Virus record (IMG/VR): IMGVR_UViG_3300010011_000078 | Coordinates: 1 to 33,176 of that record | Length of the DNA stretch: 33,176 nucleotides | Reading direction: 5' to 3' (one strand) | Source of the DNA: a virus | Taxonomy: Duplodnaviria > Caudoviricetes | Part shown: in pieces, positions 6,917-14,748 of the stretch | Numbering within the stretch: position 1 is the first letter of the stretch | Layout of the letters: the number at the start of each line of letters is the position of its first letter | Notes under the pieces: model-generated | Database searches by the model: none | Told to the model about the DNA's origin: nothing | The model's input: the letters and a program-made list of their open reading frames with translations, nothing else | Position numbers and translations under genes: made by a program

Positions 6917-7269
6917 CTGAAGCGCAACATCAAGCAGCACTATTCAACTGGGCTTGGTTAGTCCGCAACCGATATCCGGAACTTGCGCTGCTCTATCACA
7001 TCCCGAACGGCGGGAGCAGAAATAAAGCCGAAGCCGCTAATTTGAAACGTCAAGGTGTAAAGCCGGGCGTACCGGATTTGTGCTTACCTGTACCAAGAGG
7101 TCAATATCACGGGCTATACATAGAGCTCAAGACCGAGAAAGGACGGACAAGCACGGCGCAGGATTGGTGGATTCGGGAGTTAAATGCACAGGGTTATTTT
7201 ACTGAGGTGTGCCACGGTTGGCAGTCGGCTGTAAGGGCGATTGAGTGGTATCTGGGGTTGATAAAATGA
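6913..7269 (+). CDS. VRR-NUC domain nuclease (Holliday-junction resolvase-like)
   Basis: HIPNGG, GVKPGVPDL, LYIELKTEKGRTS..Q..W motifs; ATG 6913 overlaps the upstream stop. Confidence 0.92.
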   Translation: MTEAQHQAALFNWAWLVRNRYPELALLYHIPNGGSRNKAEAANLKRQGVKPGVPDLCLPVPRGQYHGLYIELKTEKGRTSTAQDWWIRELNAQGYFTEVCHGWQSAVRAIEWYLGLIK

Positions 7270-7589
7270 AGCAGGAAGAATTCGAACGCCTTGCCGCCAA
7301 ATCCGAACCGCTCCCGGATAACCTTACCCTACCCGAACAATGGCTGTACTTATCCCTGCGGGCGTTATATCGGGAATTTAAAGCTGGTGCAGTATCGAAA
7401 GAACAGGCAGCAAAAGAAAAACGGGCTATATTAGACCAGTACGAACTTGCAAAGCTACATTACTCCGCATACCAGCAAACAACCGAGAGGACGAACAGGT
7501 ACGGGTACTTGTTTGCAGAAGCAGAAAAGAGCGGTTGTGATGTGTGCAGGAAAATTGTGAGGATACTGGATGGGAGGATGTCTTTATGA
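7266..7589 (+). CDS. Phage hypothetical protein
   Basis: ATGA overlap with the upstream gene; 107 aa. Confidence 0.75.
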   Translation: MKQEEFERLAAKSEPLPDNLTLPEQWLYLSLRALYREFKAGAVSKEQAAKEKRAILDQYELAKLHYSAYQQTTERTNRYGYLFAEAEKSGCDVCRKIVRILDGRMSL

Positions 7590-7627
7590 AACTTATCTAC
7601 GTCGCCCACCCTTACGGTGGCAAATGA
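7586..7627 (+). pseudogene. Truncated start of a DUF4406/nucleoside-deoxyribosyltransferase-like gene
   Basis: GGGAGG RBS and ATGA overlap, then MKLIYVAHPYGGK-stop; IYVAHPY is a typical first strand of this family. Confidence 0.5.
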
Positions 7628-7853
7628 GCGCGCTGGCCGCCAGTACGGCGAAGACGGATACGGGGACGATTACCTGGTCCTACTGACAGCAGACACAGTC
7701 CGCGAAATGGCATTTTCGGAATATACCCTTTTGGGAAGCCAGCAGGCTGTGTGACAAGCTAAACAAAGAAGGCAAAGGGAGTCAATATATAGACTTTGCC
7801 ATCAAGACGACTGGAACCAGCAAGTCAGATTTATGTAAGGATGGAGGTAAAAT

Positions 7854-8261
7854 ATGAACCTTGTAATACTTATGGGACGTACAACCAAAGACATCGATTT
7901 GAGATATACTGCGCAATCATACATACCCGTTGCCCGGTTCACCCTTGCGGTGGACAGGCCATATACAAAGCAGGGAGAAGAGAAGAAAACAGACTTCATT
8001 TCATGCGTTGCATTTGGGAGATTAGCTGAAAACCTTGAGAAATATATTAGAAGGGGTAGAAGGATTGTCATAGAAGGACGTATCCAGGTTGACAGTTACG
8101 ACAGGGATGATAGGAGTAAAGGCTACAGCACAAGCGTCATTGTTGAAAGGTTCCATTTTGCAGATAGTAAACCGGGCATACAAGCGCAGGAAGTCAGTCA
8201 GGCAGAGCCAGAAATGGATGGCTTTGAACCTTTAGATTCGGATGATGATCTCCCCTTCTGA
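7854..8261 (+). CDS. ssb: Single-stranded DNA-binding protein
   Basis: MNLVILMGR..KD..LRYT, FTLAVDR, TDFI.CVAFG, acidic DDDLPF tail. Confidence 0.97.
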   Translation: MNLVILMGRTTKDIDLRYTAQSYIPVARFTLAVDRPYTKQGEEKKTDFISCVAFGRLAENLEKYIRRGRRIVIEGRIQVDSYDRDDRSKGYSTSVIVERFHFADSKPGIQAQEVSQAEPEMDGFEPLDSDDDLPF

Positions 8262-8270
8262 GGTGAGAAT

Positions 8271-8396
8271 ATGCAGGCGTATGACGTAAAAAGAAAGCGG
8301 GTGGTTAATATTGAACGCAGCGAAGGCGACGTCATAGTGGCATATTCACTACCGGGAGAGCCGGGAATAAGGATGACAAACAGGTATCTTGCTTAA
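8271..8396 (+). CDS. Short ORF (41 aa), possibly truncated
   Basis: GAGGTGA RBS; MQAYDVKRKRVVNIERSEGDVIVAYSLPGEPGIRMTNRYLA. Confidence 0.4.
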   Translation: MQAYDVKRKRVVNIERSEGDVIVAYSLPGEPGIRMTNRYLA

Positions 8397-8458
8397 CTAT
8401 ACAACGGTTGAAGGGACCGGAGGAAAAGGTGGAGATTGAGCTGGAGGAGGTATCTTAA

Positions 8459-8638
8459 GTGAGGAGTTGTAATTTGTGTAAATACTTTATTCCTGCGTGG
8501 GGAGGCAGTAAAACGAGTATGTCGCAGCCTGCATGGTGTTTTAAAAGAAGTATTTGTCTAACAAACGAATTTATACAAAAAGGATGCAAGGAGTGCGTCG
8601 AGTTTAAGGAGGTAGAAGCAGATGCAACAGGAAACTAA
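8459..8638 (+). CDS. Small Cys-rich protein (59 aa)
   Basis: GGAGGAGG RBS, GTG start; MRSCNLCKYF...WC...C...C..C.EF. Confidence 0.6.
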   Translation: MRSCNLCKYFIPAWGGSKTSMSQPAWCFKRSICLTNEFIQKGCKECVEFKEVEADATGN

Positions 8639-8777
8639 AAAAATACAGACACTTCATGAAAGAGAACTTAAACTGCTAGAGTTTATCCGAAGACTTGGCT
8701 ACGGAGAGATTACAATCAGGGTTCAAGATGGGCTGCCAGTGATAATAGAAAAGGCCACGGAGAAGGTGAAATTATGA
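8622..8777 (+). CDS. DUF2292/YezD-like small protein (51 aa); absent from ORF track
   Basis: AAGGAGGT RBS; LLEFIRRLGYGEITIRVQDGLPVIIEKATEKVKL matches the family pattern (YG.I.I.VQDG..V.IE..EK.KL). Confidence 0.8.
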   Translation: MQQETKKIQTLHERELKLLEFIRRLGYGEITIRVQDGLPVIIEKATEKVKL

Positions 8778-8923
8778 AATACTGTAAAGATTGTAAGTAC
8801 TATATACCAAAGGCCAGGTACCAATTTGAGATGCGAGATGCAAGAATGAGGGAATGCAAGCATTATTCTATTTGCAACCGGATTATAAGGCTGGTAAAAA
8901 AAGAATGTAATTGCGAAGCATGA
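8774..8923 (+). CDS. Small Cys-rich protein (49 aa)
   Basis: ATGA overlap; MKYCKDCKYY...CKH..IC.RI. Confidence 0.55.
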   Translation: MKYCKDCKYYIPKARYQFEMRDARMRECKHYSICNRIIRLVKKECNCEA

Positions 8924-8943
8924 TAGGCAATATTAAACTGTAT

Positions 8944-8996
8944 GCTGACCGGAAAACCGGAGGCACTTCGAGAAATTGGGGTGACTCTTTTACTTT
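8944..8996 (+). promoter_or_regulatory. Overlapping antiterminator/terminator hairpins upstream of the late activator
   Basis: GC-TGA-CCGG-AAAA-CCGG-AG-GC (8944-8964) shares GAGGC with hairpin GAGGCACTTCGA...TTGGGGTGACTC (8960-8987), which is followed by TTTTACTTT. Confidence 0.6.
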
Positions 8997-9011
8997 ATAG
9001 GGGGTGTGAAT

Positions 9012-9434
9012 GTGGGAATCCTAGAAAGACGCATATACAAAAAGATTGAGTACTATTTATACCACTACCACCAAATTCGTAAAGAGATAGAACAAGAAAA
9101 GGAAATTATTATCCAGTCAGGTGGCCGTGACCTCACCGAATGGGGAGGCGGTATCAGCTACCATTCGGATCCGACTGCGAATAAGGCTATTAAACTTACT
9201 AGGCCAGAATTGCTAGAAAAAGAAAAGTGGCTCAAGGTGGTTGAAGGTACTATCCAGCACTTCGAGGGCACAGAAAAAGGGCGGCTCCTCCAGAAAAAGT
9301 ATTTTGACCAGCTGGGAGAGCGACATATATGCAAGGAATTACACATCGAAAGGACAACTTACTATCGATGGCGAGAAGAAATTGTGCTGTATACCGCCTT
9401 ACTAGCGGCGCAATATGGTCTTATAAAGTTTTAA
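9012..9434 (+). CDS. RinA/ArpU-family late transcriptional activator
   Basis: IEYYLYHY, SDPTANKAIKL, C-terminal sigma-4-like HTH (KKYF...ICKELHIERTTYYRWR); last early gene before the packaging module. Start could be 9006. Confidence 0.88.
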   Translation: MGILERRIYKKIEYYLYHYHQIRKEIEQEKEIIIQSGGRDLTEWGGGISYHSDPTANKAIKLTRPELLEKEKWLKVVEGTIQHFEGTEKGRLLQKKYFDQLGERHICKELHIERTTYYRWREEIVLYTALLAAQYGLIKF

Positions 9435-9471
9435 AAAATTCAGAATTTTTGGCCAATGAATGTGTTACAAT
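9434..9471 (+). promoter_or_regulatory. Palindromic site + extended -10, candidate activator-dependent late promoter (copy 1)
   Basis: AAAAATTC-A-GAATTTTT perfect palindrome at 9434-9450; TGtTACAAT at 9463-9471. Confidence 0.55.
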
Positions 9472-9836
9472 GATAGCGGGAATATTATGATATTTGGGTG
9501 TCATAGCAGAACAGATGCAATACAGCATAACTCGGCTGATGAAATATTTGAGGGTTAGATTGATGAGCTGTTGAGGAGTTGCATGGTTCATATATTAGTA
9601 GCCAGGGTAGATGGGGGGTCAGAGAAGTATATTAGTCGTTTGCTTATAAAATGGGATAACAAAGGCAGAATTGAAAGTAGAAAAAATATAGAAGAAGGAG
9701 TGGTTACGTGTATTCTCACCGGTTCTAAGGGGTTCATATGCAGGCTTGATGTGGGAAAAGTATGTTGTTACGTGAACTTAGATGGCGTAGCCTTGTATCT
9801 GATAAATTTTGACATAGATGTATAATTAAGTCAAGC

Positions 9837-9865
9837 TTAAAGTTGTAAGCAAAATATGCTATAAT
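9837..9865 (+). promoter_or_regulatory. Promoter of the methylase/nuclease cassette
   Basis: TGcTATAAT at 9857-9865, weak -35 TTAAAG 17 nt upstream. Confidence 0.55.
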
Positions 9866-9892
9866 AGATTGAGGGAAGAACGAGGTGAGATT

Positions 9893-10735
9893 ATGAAAAG
9901 AAATCCACTTGTTGCTCCTGTGTTGAAGTGGGCAGGAGGGAAGCGGCAATTACTAAAAGACATAAAGAAGCATATACCAGAGAAATTTTCAACTTATTAT
10001 GAGCCCTTTTTAGGTGGTGGGGCTGTTTTATTCGAACTACAACCTAGTAAGGCTGTAGTGAATGATATAAATGAGGAATTGATGAATGTTTATTTAGTAA
10101 TTCGGGATCATGTTGAAGAACTCATTGAAGAATTAAAAAAGCACGAAAGAAAAAATAGTGAAGAATATTATTATGAAATAAGAGAACTAGATAGAGACAA
10201 GAGAAAGTATGAGCAATTAAGTAACATAGAAAAAGCTGCGAGAATAATTTATTTAAACAAAACATGTTATAACGGTTTGTTTCGTGTAAATTCACAAGGT
10301 CAGTTTAATGTTCCTTATGGGAGATATAAAAATCCAGATATTGTGAATGAAGTTACATTAAGAGCAGTAAGTAATTATTTTAATAAAGCTAAAATAACTT
10401 TTAAATGCGGAGATTTTGAAGAAGCAGTTAAGGGGGCAAGAGAGGGTAGTTTTGTGTATTTTGATCCGCCTTATGATCCCGTTAGTGATACAAGCAGTTT
10501 TACAGGTTATGATATAAATGGGTTTTACAAGGAGGAACAGATAAGGCTTAAGGAATTATGTGATAAATTAAATAAAAAAGGTGTAAAGTTTCTACTTTCA
10601 AACTCAGCAACAGATTTTATTTTGGACCTGTATAAAGATTATAATATAACAATAGTCCAAGCTAATAGGGCAATTAATTCAAAAGCGGACAAAAGAGGAA
10701 AAGTTGATGAAGTGCTGGTGAAGAATTATGAGTGA
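9893..10735 (+). CDS. dam: DNA adenine methyltransferase, Dam/DpnM (D12) family
   Basis: KWAGGK, YYEPFLGGGAV, NDIN, NGLFRVNSQGQFNVPYG, catalytic FVYFDPPY, LSNS; GAGGTGA RBS before ATG 9893. Confidence 0.95.
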   Translation: MKRNPLVAPVLKWAGGKRQLLKDIKKHIPEKFSTYYEPFLGGGAVLFELQPSKAVVNDINEELMNVYLVIRDHVEELIEELKKHERKNSEEYYYEIRELDRDKRKYEQLSNIEKAARIIYLNKTCYNGLFRVNSQGQFNVPYGRYKNPDIVNEVTLRAVSNYFNKAKITFKCGDFEEAVKGAREGSFVYFDPPYDPVSDTSSFTGYDINGFYKEEQIRLKELCDKLNKKGVKFLLSNSATDFILDLYKDYNITIVQANRAINSKADKRGKVDEVLVKNYE

Positions 10736-12008
10736 GACAAAGAATGATATTGCATGGGAACGAATTTTTAAGAAATATAGAATATTAGAGAAAATAAAGA
10801 AAAATGGGGCTTTTGAAATAACGTCAGGGCAAATAAATGAGTTTAGAGAAGCAAGGTTAATGACAAAATTTGATCACCGAAAAAATTTACCGAAGATTTT
10901 TGAAGAAAATAATCTTTCTATTCTTCCTATTACTAGAGGTAGTTATTTAATTACGCAGTTTAAGGCTTATCATAGGCTTGAGGAAAAAGAAACAGAAATA
11001 ATCAAGATTCCATTTCCTACTTATATTGAAAGTATTGATTATGAAAACATAACAAGCGAGGCTGCGGCTTTAAACTGTGCGTATGTTTCAGGTATATTGG
11101 CTGATTTTATTGAGGATGAAGAAATAGTTCCAACAGTTACAGGTCGAATGAGTTCTGATGCGTTTTGTTTTTATATTAATACTTATTCGGGGTCTAAGTT
11201 TAAAGTTAATGTTACTAATGCTCAAATTGAGATAGATGGTGGATATGAAGGGCTGGGAACCTTTTCTTTAATTGAAGCGAAAAACTCGTTATCAGATGAT
11301 TTTATAATACGACAAATATATTACCCTTATAGGTTATGGCATGATAAAATTAACAAAAAAGTTAAGCCAATATTTATGACTTACTCTAACGGTATTTTTA
11401 CTTTTTATGAGTATGAGTTTCAAGACCCTGAAGATTATAATTCTCTTACTTTAGTAAAACAAAAAAAATATAGCATAGAGGAAACAGAGATTGGGCTTGA
11501 TGACATAATAGAGATCTACAAAAGGACAAAAATTATAAATGAACCAGAAGTTCCATTTCCACAAGCAGATTCATTTGAAAGGATAATTAATCTTTGCGAG
11601 CTTTTAAATGAATCAGAGTTGACTAGAGATGAAATAACAACAAACTATGATTTTGACTCTAGGCAAACGAATTATTATACAGATGCAGCTAGATACTTGG
11701 GATTAGTACATAAGCGTAAAGAAGGTAGAGAGGTAATATTTTCGTTGACAGAAGAGGGGGAAAAATTATTTAAACTGAAATATAAGCCAAGACAATTAAA
11801 ATTTGTTGAATTAATTTTGTCCCACAAAGTTTTTAGAGAAGTTTTTGAATTGTGTCTGAAAAATGGAAAAATGCCAGATAAACATGAAGTAGTGAAGATT
11901 ATGAGATACAGCAATTTGTATAAAATAGAATCCGAGAAAACATTTTATAGGCGTGCTCAAACTATAATGAGTTGGATTAAATGGATATTAGAATTAACTA
12001 GATTGTAG
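10728..12008 (+). CDS. Putative type II restriction endonuclease (PD-(D/E)xK; DUF6996/DUF6997-like)
   Basis: Overlaps the methylase stop; QIEIDGGYEG...LIEAKN nuclease motif; REARLMTKFD N-terminus; C-terminal wHTH-like region (RQTNYYTDAARYLGLV). Confidence 0.75.
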   Translation: MSETKNDIAWERIFKKYRILEKIKKNGAFEITSGQINEFREARLMTKFDHRKNLPKIFEENNLSILPITRGSYLITQFKAYHRLEEKETEIIKIPFPTYIESIDYENITSEAAALNCAYVSGILADFIEDEEIVPTVTGRMSSDAFCFYINTYSGSKFKVNVTNAQIEIDGGYEGLGTFSLIEAKNSLSDDFIIRQIYYPYRLWHDKINKKVKPIFMTYSNGIFTFYEYEFQDPEDYNSLTLVKQKKYSIEETEIGLDDIIEIYKRTKIINEPEVPFPQADSFERIINLCELLNESELTRDEITTNYDFDSRQTNYYTDAARYLGLVHKRKEGREVIFSLTEEGEKLFKLKYKPRQLKFVELILSHKVFREVFELCLKNGKMPDKHEVVKIMRYSNLYKIESEKTFYRRAQTIMSWIKWILELTRL

Positions 12009-12028
12009 TACATAGCCAAAGATTGTAC

Positions 12029-12068
12029 AAAAGTTCGGTACTTTTTAAACGGATTTATATGGTAGTAT
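12029..12068 (+). promoter_or_regulatory. Near-palindromic site + extended -10, candidate late promoter (copy 2)
   Basis: AAAAGTTC-G-GTACTTTT at 12029-12045 (13/17 identical to 9434-9450); TGgTAGTAT at 12060-12068. Confidence 0.55.
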
Positions 12069-12098
12069 AGTAGTATAGAATTGTATACTTTCCTCTTC

Positions 12099-12123
12099 AG
12101 CCCGGTTGCCCCCGCCGGGCTTT
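12099..12123 (+). other. GC-rich hairpin (weak terminator or leader structure)
   Basis: AGCCCGG 12099-12105 / CCGGGCT 12115-12121, short T run. Confidence 0.5.
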
Positions 12124-12150
12124 GAAAATCTTTCCTGTGTATGCTATAAT
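12122..12150 (+). promoter_or_regulatory. Moron promoter for the ltp-like gene
   Basis: TTGAAA 12122-12127, 17 nt, TGcTATAAT to 12150. Confidence 0.75.
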
Positions 12151-12184
12151 AAAGCAAAAATATTTCAAAAAAGGGGAAAACAAA

Positions 12185-12895
12185 ATGTCGGACAAACAGA
12201 AAAAAACACTTTATAAAAAGTGGTGGTTTTGGCTTATCGTGATTGTATTCATAGTTGCGATTGCTAGTCAGGGGGGCAATGATGGTAAAGAAGAAGTTGC
12301 TAGTGGTAACGTATCTGAACAGATAGAAAACAATGTTGAAAATAATGCTGAGACAGATGAGATAGCAGAAGAAGTTGAAGAGCCTAAAAATGCAGAAAAA
12401 ACTGAAAGGGTAGAGGAACCAACAGAATCAACGATTGTAGACAAAGAAGTAGAGGCAACGAACGAAACCTTATCGCAGAAAAACGCAGTAAGAAAAGCAA
12501 AAGAATATTTGAGCGTTATGGCTTTCTCTAAAGAGGGGTTAATAAAACAATTAGAATTTGAAGGCTTTAGTAATGAAGATGCTACGTATGCTGTAAATCA
12601 AATAGACGTTGACTGGAAAGAACAAGCTGTAAAAAAAGCAAAAGAATATTTAGGCGTTATGGCTTTTTCAAAAAGCGGTTTAATAAAACAACTGGAGTTT
12701 GATGGTTTCAGCAATGAAGAAGCCACATATGCAGCAGAACAAGTGAATGCAGATTGGAAGGAGCAGGCAGTAAAGAAAGCGAAAGAATATTTAAAACTTA
12801 TGGGTTTTTCTAGAAAAAGTTTGATAGAGCAGCTAGAGTTTGACGGGTTCACCGAAGAAGAGGCTACGTATGCTGCAGATCAAGTAGGATTATAA
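12185..12895 (+). CDS. ltp: Ltp-family surface protein (superinfection exclusion), three Ltp repeats
   Basis: KKWWFW + TM anchor, acidic linker, three 47-aa repeats AV.KAKEYL..M.FS...LI.QLEF.GF..E.ATYA; own promoter and terminator. Confidence 0.88.
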   Translation: MSDKQKKTLYKKWWFWLIVIVFIVAIASQGGNDGKEEVASGNVSEQIENNVENNAETDEIAEEVEEPKNAEKTERVEEPTESTIVDKEVEATNETLSQKNAVRKAKEYLSVMAFSKEGLIKQLEFEGFSNEDATYAVNQIDVDWKEQAVKKAKEYLGVMAFSKSGLIKQLEFDGFSNEEATYAAEQVNADWKEQAVKKAKEYLKLMGFSRKSLIEQLEFDGFTEEEATYAADQVGL

Positions 12896-12910
12896 ATAAG
12901 CAAATATATA

Positions 12911-12936
12911 AAGGCATCCGAAAGGATGTCTTTTTT
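12911..12936 (+). terminator. Intrinsic terminator after ltp
   Basis: AAGGCATCC-GAAA-GGATGTCTT then TTTT. Confidence 0.85.
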
Positions 12937-12987
12937 CATGCATAATAACAAAATATAAAATAACCGACTAGGGTAGGTGAGGTGATG

Positions 12988-13485
12988 ATGGCATTAACCG
13001 AAAAACAGAAGAGATTTGTCGAAGAGTATTTAATTGACCTGAACGCAACTCAGGCTGCCATTAGAGCTGGTTATAGCGTGAAAAGGGCATCTGAGATTGG
13101 GTATCAACTACTACAGAAAACTACAGTATCTCATGCCATATCTAAAGCCATGGCTGAGCGCTCTCGTCGGACTGGTATAAGCCAGGATAGAGTGCTTCAG
13201 GAGCTGGCCAAGATTGCATTTGTTAATGCAACGGATGTAATCAATATGGACGAAGCAACTATTCGGGGTGATGCCAACCGTGAAGATACAGCTGCTATTG
13301 CCAGCGTAAAGGTTAAGACTATTCCCACGGAATCTGGAGAGATTGTGGAACGAGAGGTCAAGACATACGACAAAATAAAAGCCCTAGAGCTTCTGGGCAA
13401 GCACTTGGGCATGTTCACTGATAAGCTTAACGTCAACGCCGAAATGGCCGTCAAGATAGTAGATGATATAGATGGCGAAGATTAG
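12988..13485 (+). CDS. terS: Terminase small subunit
   Basis: LTEKQKRFVEEYLIDLNATQAAIRAGYS; DKIKALELLGKHLGMF. Confidence 0.97.
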   Translation: MALTEKQKRFVEEYLIDLNATQAAIRAGYSVKRASEIGYQLLQKTTVSHAISKAMAERSRRTGISQDRVLQELAKIAFVNATDVINMDEATIRGDANREDTAAIASVKVKTIPTESGEIVEREVKTYDKIKALELLGKHLGMFTDKLNVNAEMAVKIVDDIDGED

Positions 13486-14734
13486 GCTGTCAGAACTAAT
13501 TGCGCCATCATTCTACGATGTGCATAAGGAGCTCAAGGCGGAGCTATATGATGAGTACTGGCTTAAAGGCGGCCGCGGATCCACCAAGTCAACTTTTATC
13601 AGCATTGAGATACTACTGGGTATCATAAAAGACCCGGAAGCGAATGCGGTGGTATTTCGCCGGTACCAGAACGAGCTTAGGGACACTGTTTTTGGCCAGT
13701 TTGAGTGGACTGCTTCAAAGATGGGTATAGCCCATCTTTTTAAGTTTCAAGTGTCTCCGATGCAGATTATTTATATACCAACTGGGCAAAGGATTGTATT
13801 CAGGGCTGCAGACAATCCCAGGAAACTCAAGTCAATCAATCTGGGCAGAGGATATGTAAAATATGCCTGGTTTGAAGAAGTGGACCAGTTTGCTAGCATG
13901 GACGAAATCCGGAATATCCTTCAGTCATTATTCCGGGGCGAAGGAAATAAGAAGCGTGTTGTTTTTTTCTCGTACAACCCACCAAAGTCCGGGCGCTTCT
14001 GGGTGAACTGGGAAGTAAAGATACCGAAACCGGGCCGCCGGGTGCATCATTCAACATACCTGGATGTACCGCCTGAATGGCTGGGTGAAAGGTTCCTTGC
14101 TGATGCAGAACATCTCAAAAAGACCAATGAAATGGCATACCGGCATGAGTACCTGGGAGAAGAAGTCGGGACCGGGCTTGAAGTGTTTACGAATGTTGAA
14201 CTCAGGACCATTACCGACAATGAAATTGCAACCTTTGACCGCATCAGGCAGGGGCTAGACTTCGGTTATGCAGTGGATCCGCTTTGCTTTGAACGCATGC
14301 ACTATGACCGTACCCGCCGGCGGCTTTATATATTTGCTGAGATTAGTGGCCTTAACCTATTCAATCGGCAGCTGTGGGAAAAGGCGCAGCAGTATAACGA
14401 TGTTTGGACTATTGCCGACAGCGCCGAGCCAAAGAGCATTGACGAGCTCCGGAGCTTCGGCATGAAAATAAAAGGAGCAAAGAAAGGGCCTGGTTCTGTA
14501 GAATTCGGCATTAAGTTCCTGCAGGACCTGGAGGCCATTATTATTGACCCGGAGCGGTGTCCGCTGGCCGCGAGGGAGTTCATAAACTATTCGCTGGAGA
14601 CAGACCGAAACGGCATAGTAAAAAGCCAGTTCCCAGATAAAGACAACCACAGCATCGACAGCGTCCGCTATGGACTAAGTGAGGATATGGTACAAACTAC
14701 AAGAAGACCTATAGACAAACCACCAGGATGGTAA
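13472..14734 (+). CDS. terL: Terminase large subunit, PBSX family
   Basis: Walker A GGRGSTKS, Walker B WFEE, SYNPP, GLDFGY..DP, ADSAEPKSI, DNHSIDSVRY. Confidence 0.97.
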   Translation: MAKIRLSELIAPSFYDVHKELKAELYDEYWLKGGRGSTKSTFISIEILLGIIKDPEANAVVFRRYQNELRDTVFGQFEWTASKMGIAHLFKFQVSPMQIIYIPTGQRIVFRAADNPRKLKSINLGRGYVKYAWFEEVDQFASMDEIRNILQSLFRGEGNKKRVVFFSYNPPKSGRFWVNWEVKIPKPGRRVHHSTYLDVPPEWLGERFLADAEHLKKTNEMAYRHEYLGEEVGTGLEVFTNVELRTITDNEIATFDRIRQGLDFGYAVDPLCFERMHYDRTRRRLYIFAEISGLNLFNRQLWEKAQQYNDVWTIADSAEPKSIDELRSFGMKIKGAKKGPGSVEFGIKFLQDLEAIIIDPERCPLAAREFINYSLETDRNGIVKSQFPDKDNHSIDSVRYGLSEDMVQTTRRPIDKPPGW

Positions 14735-14748
14735 GGATGGTGATAATA

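Noticed and set aside
9571-9825. 84-aa ORF upstream of the methylase
   Set aside because: TTG start, no convincing RBS or motif; may be decayed sequence. It is not recognisable as an R-M controller protein.
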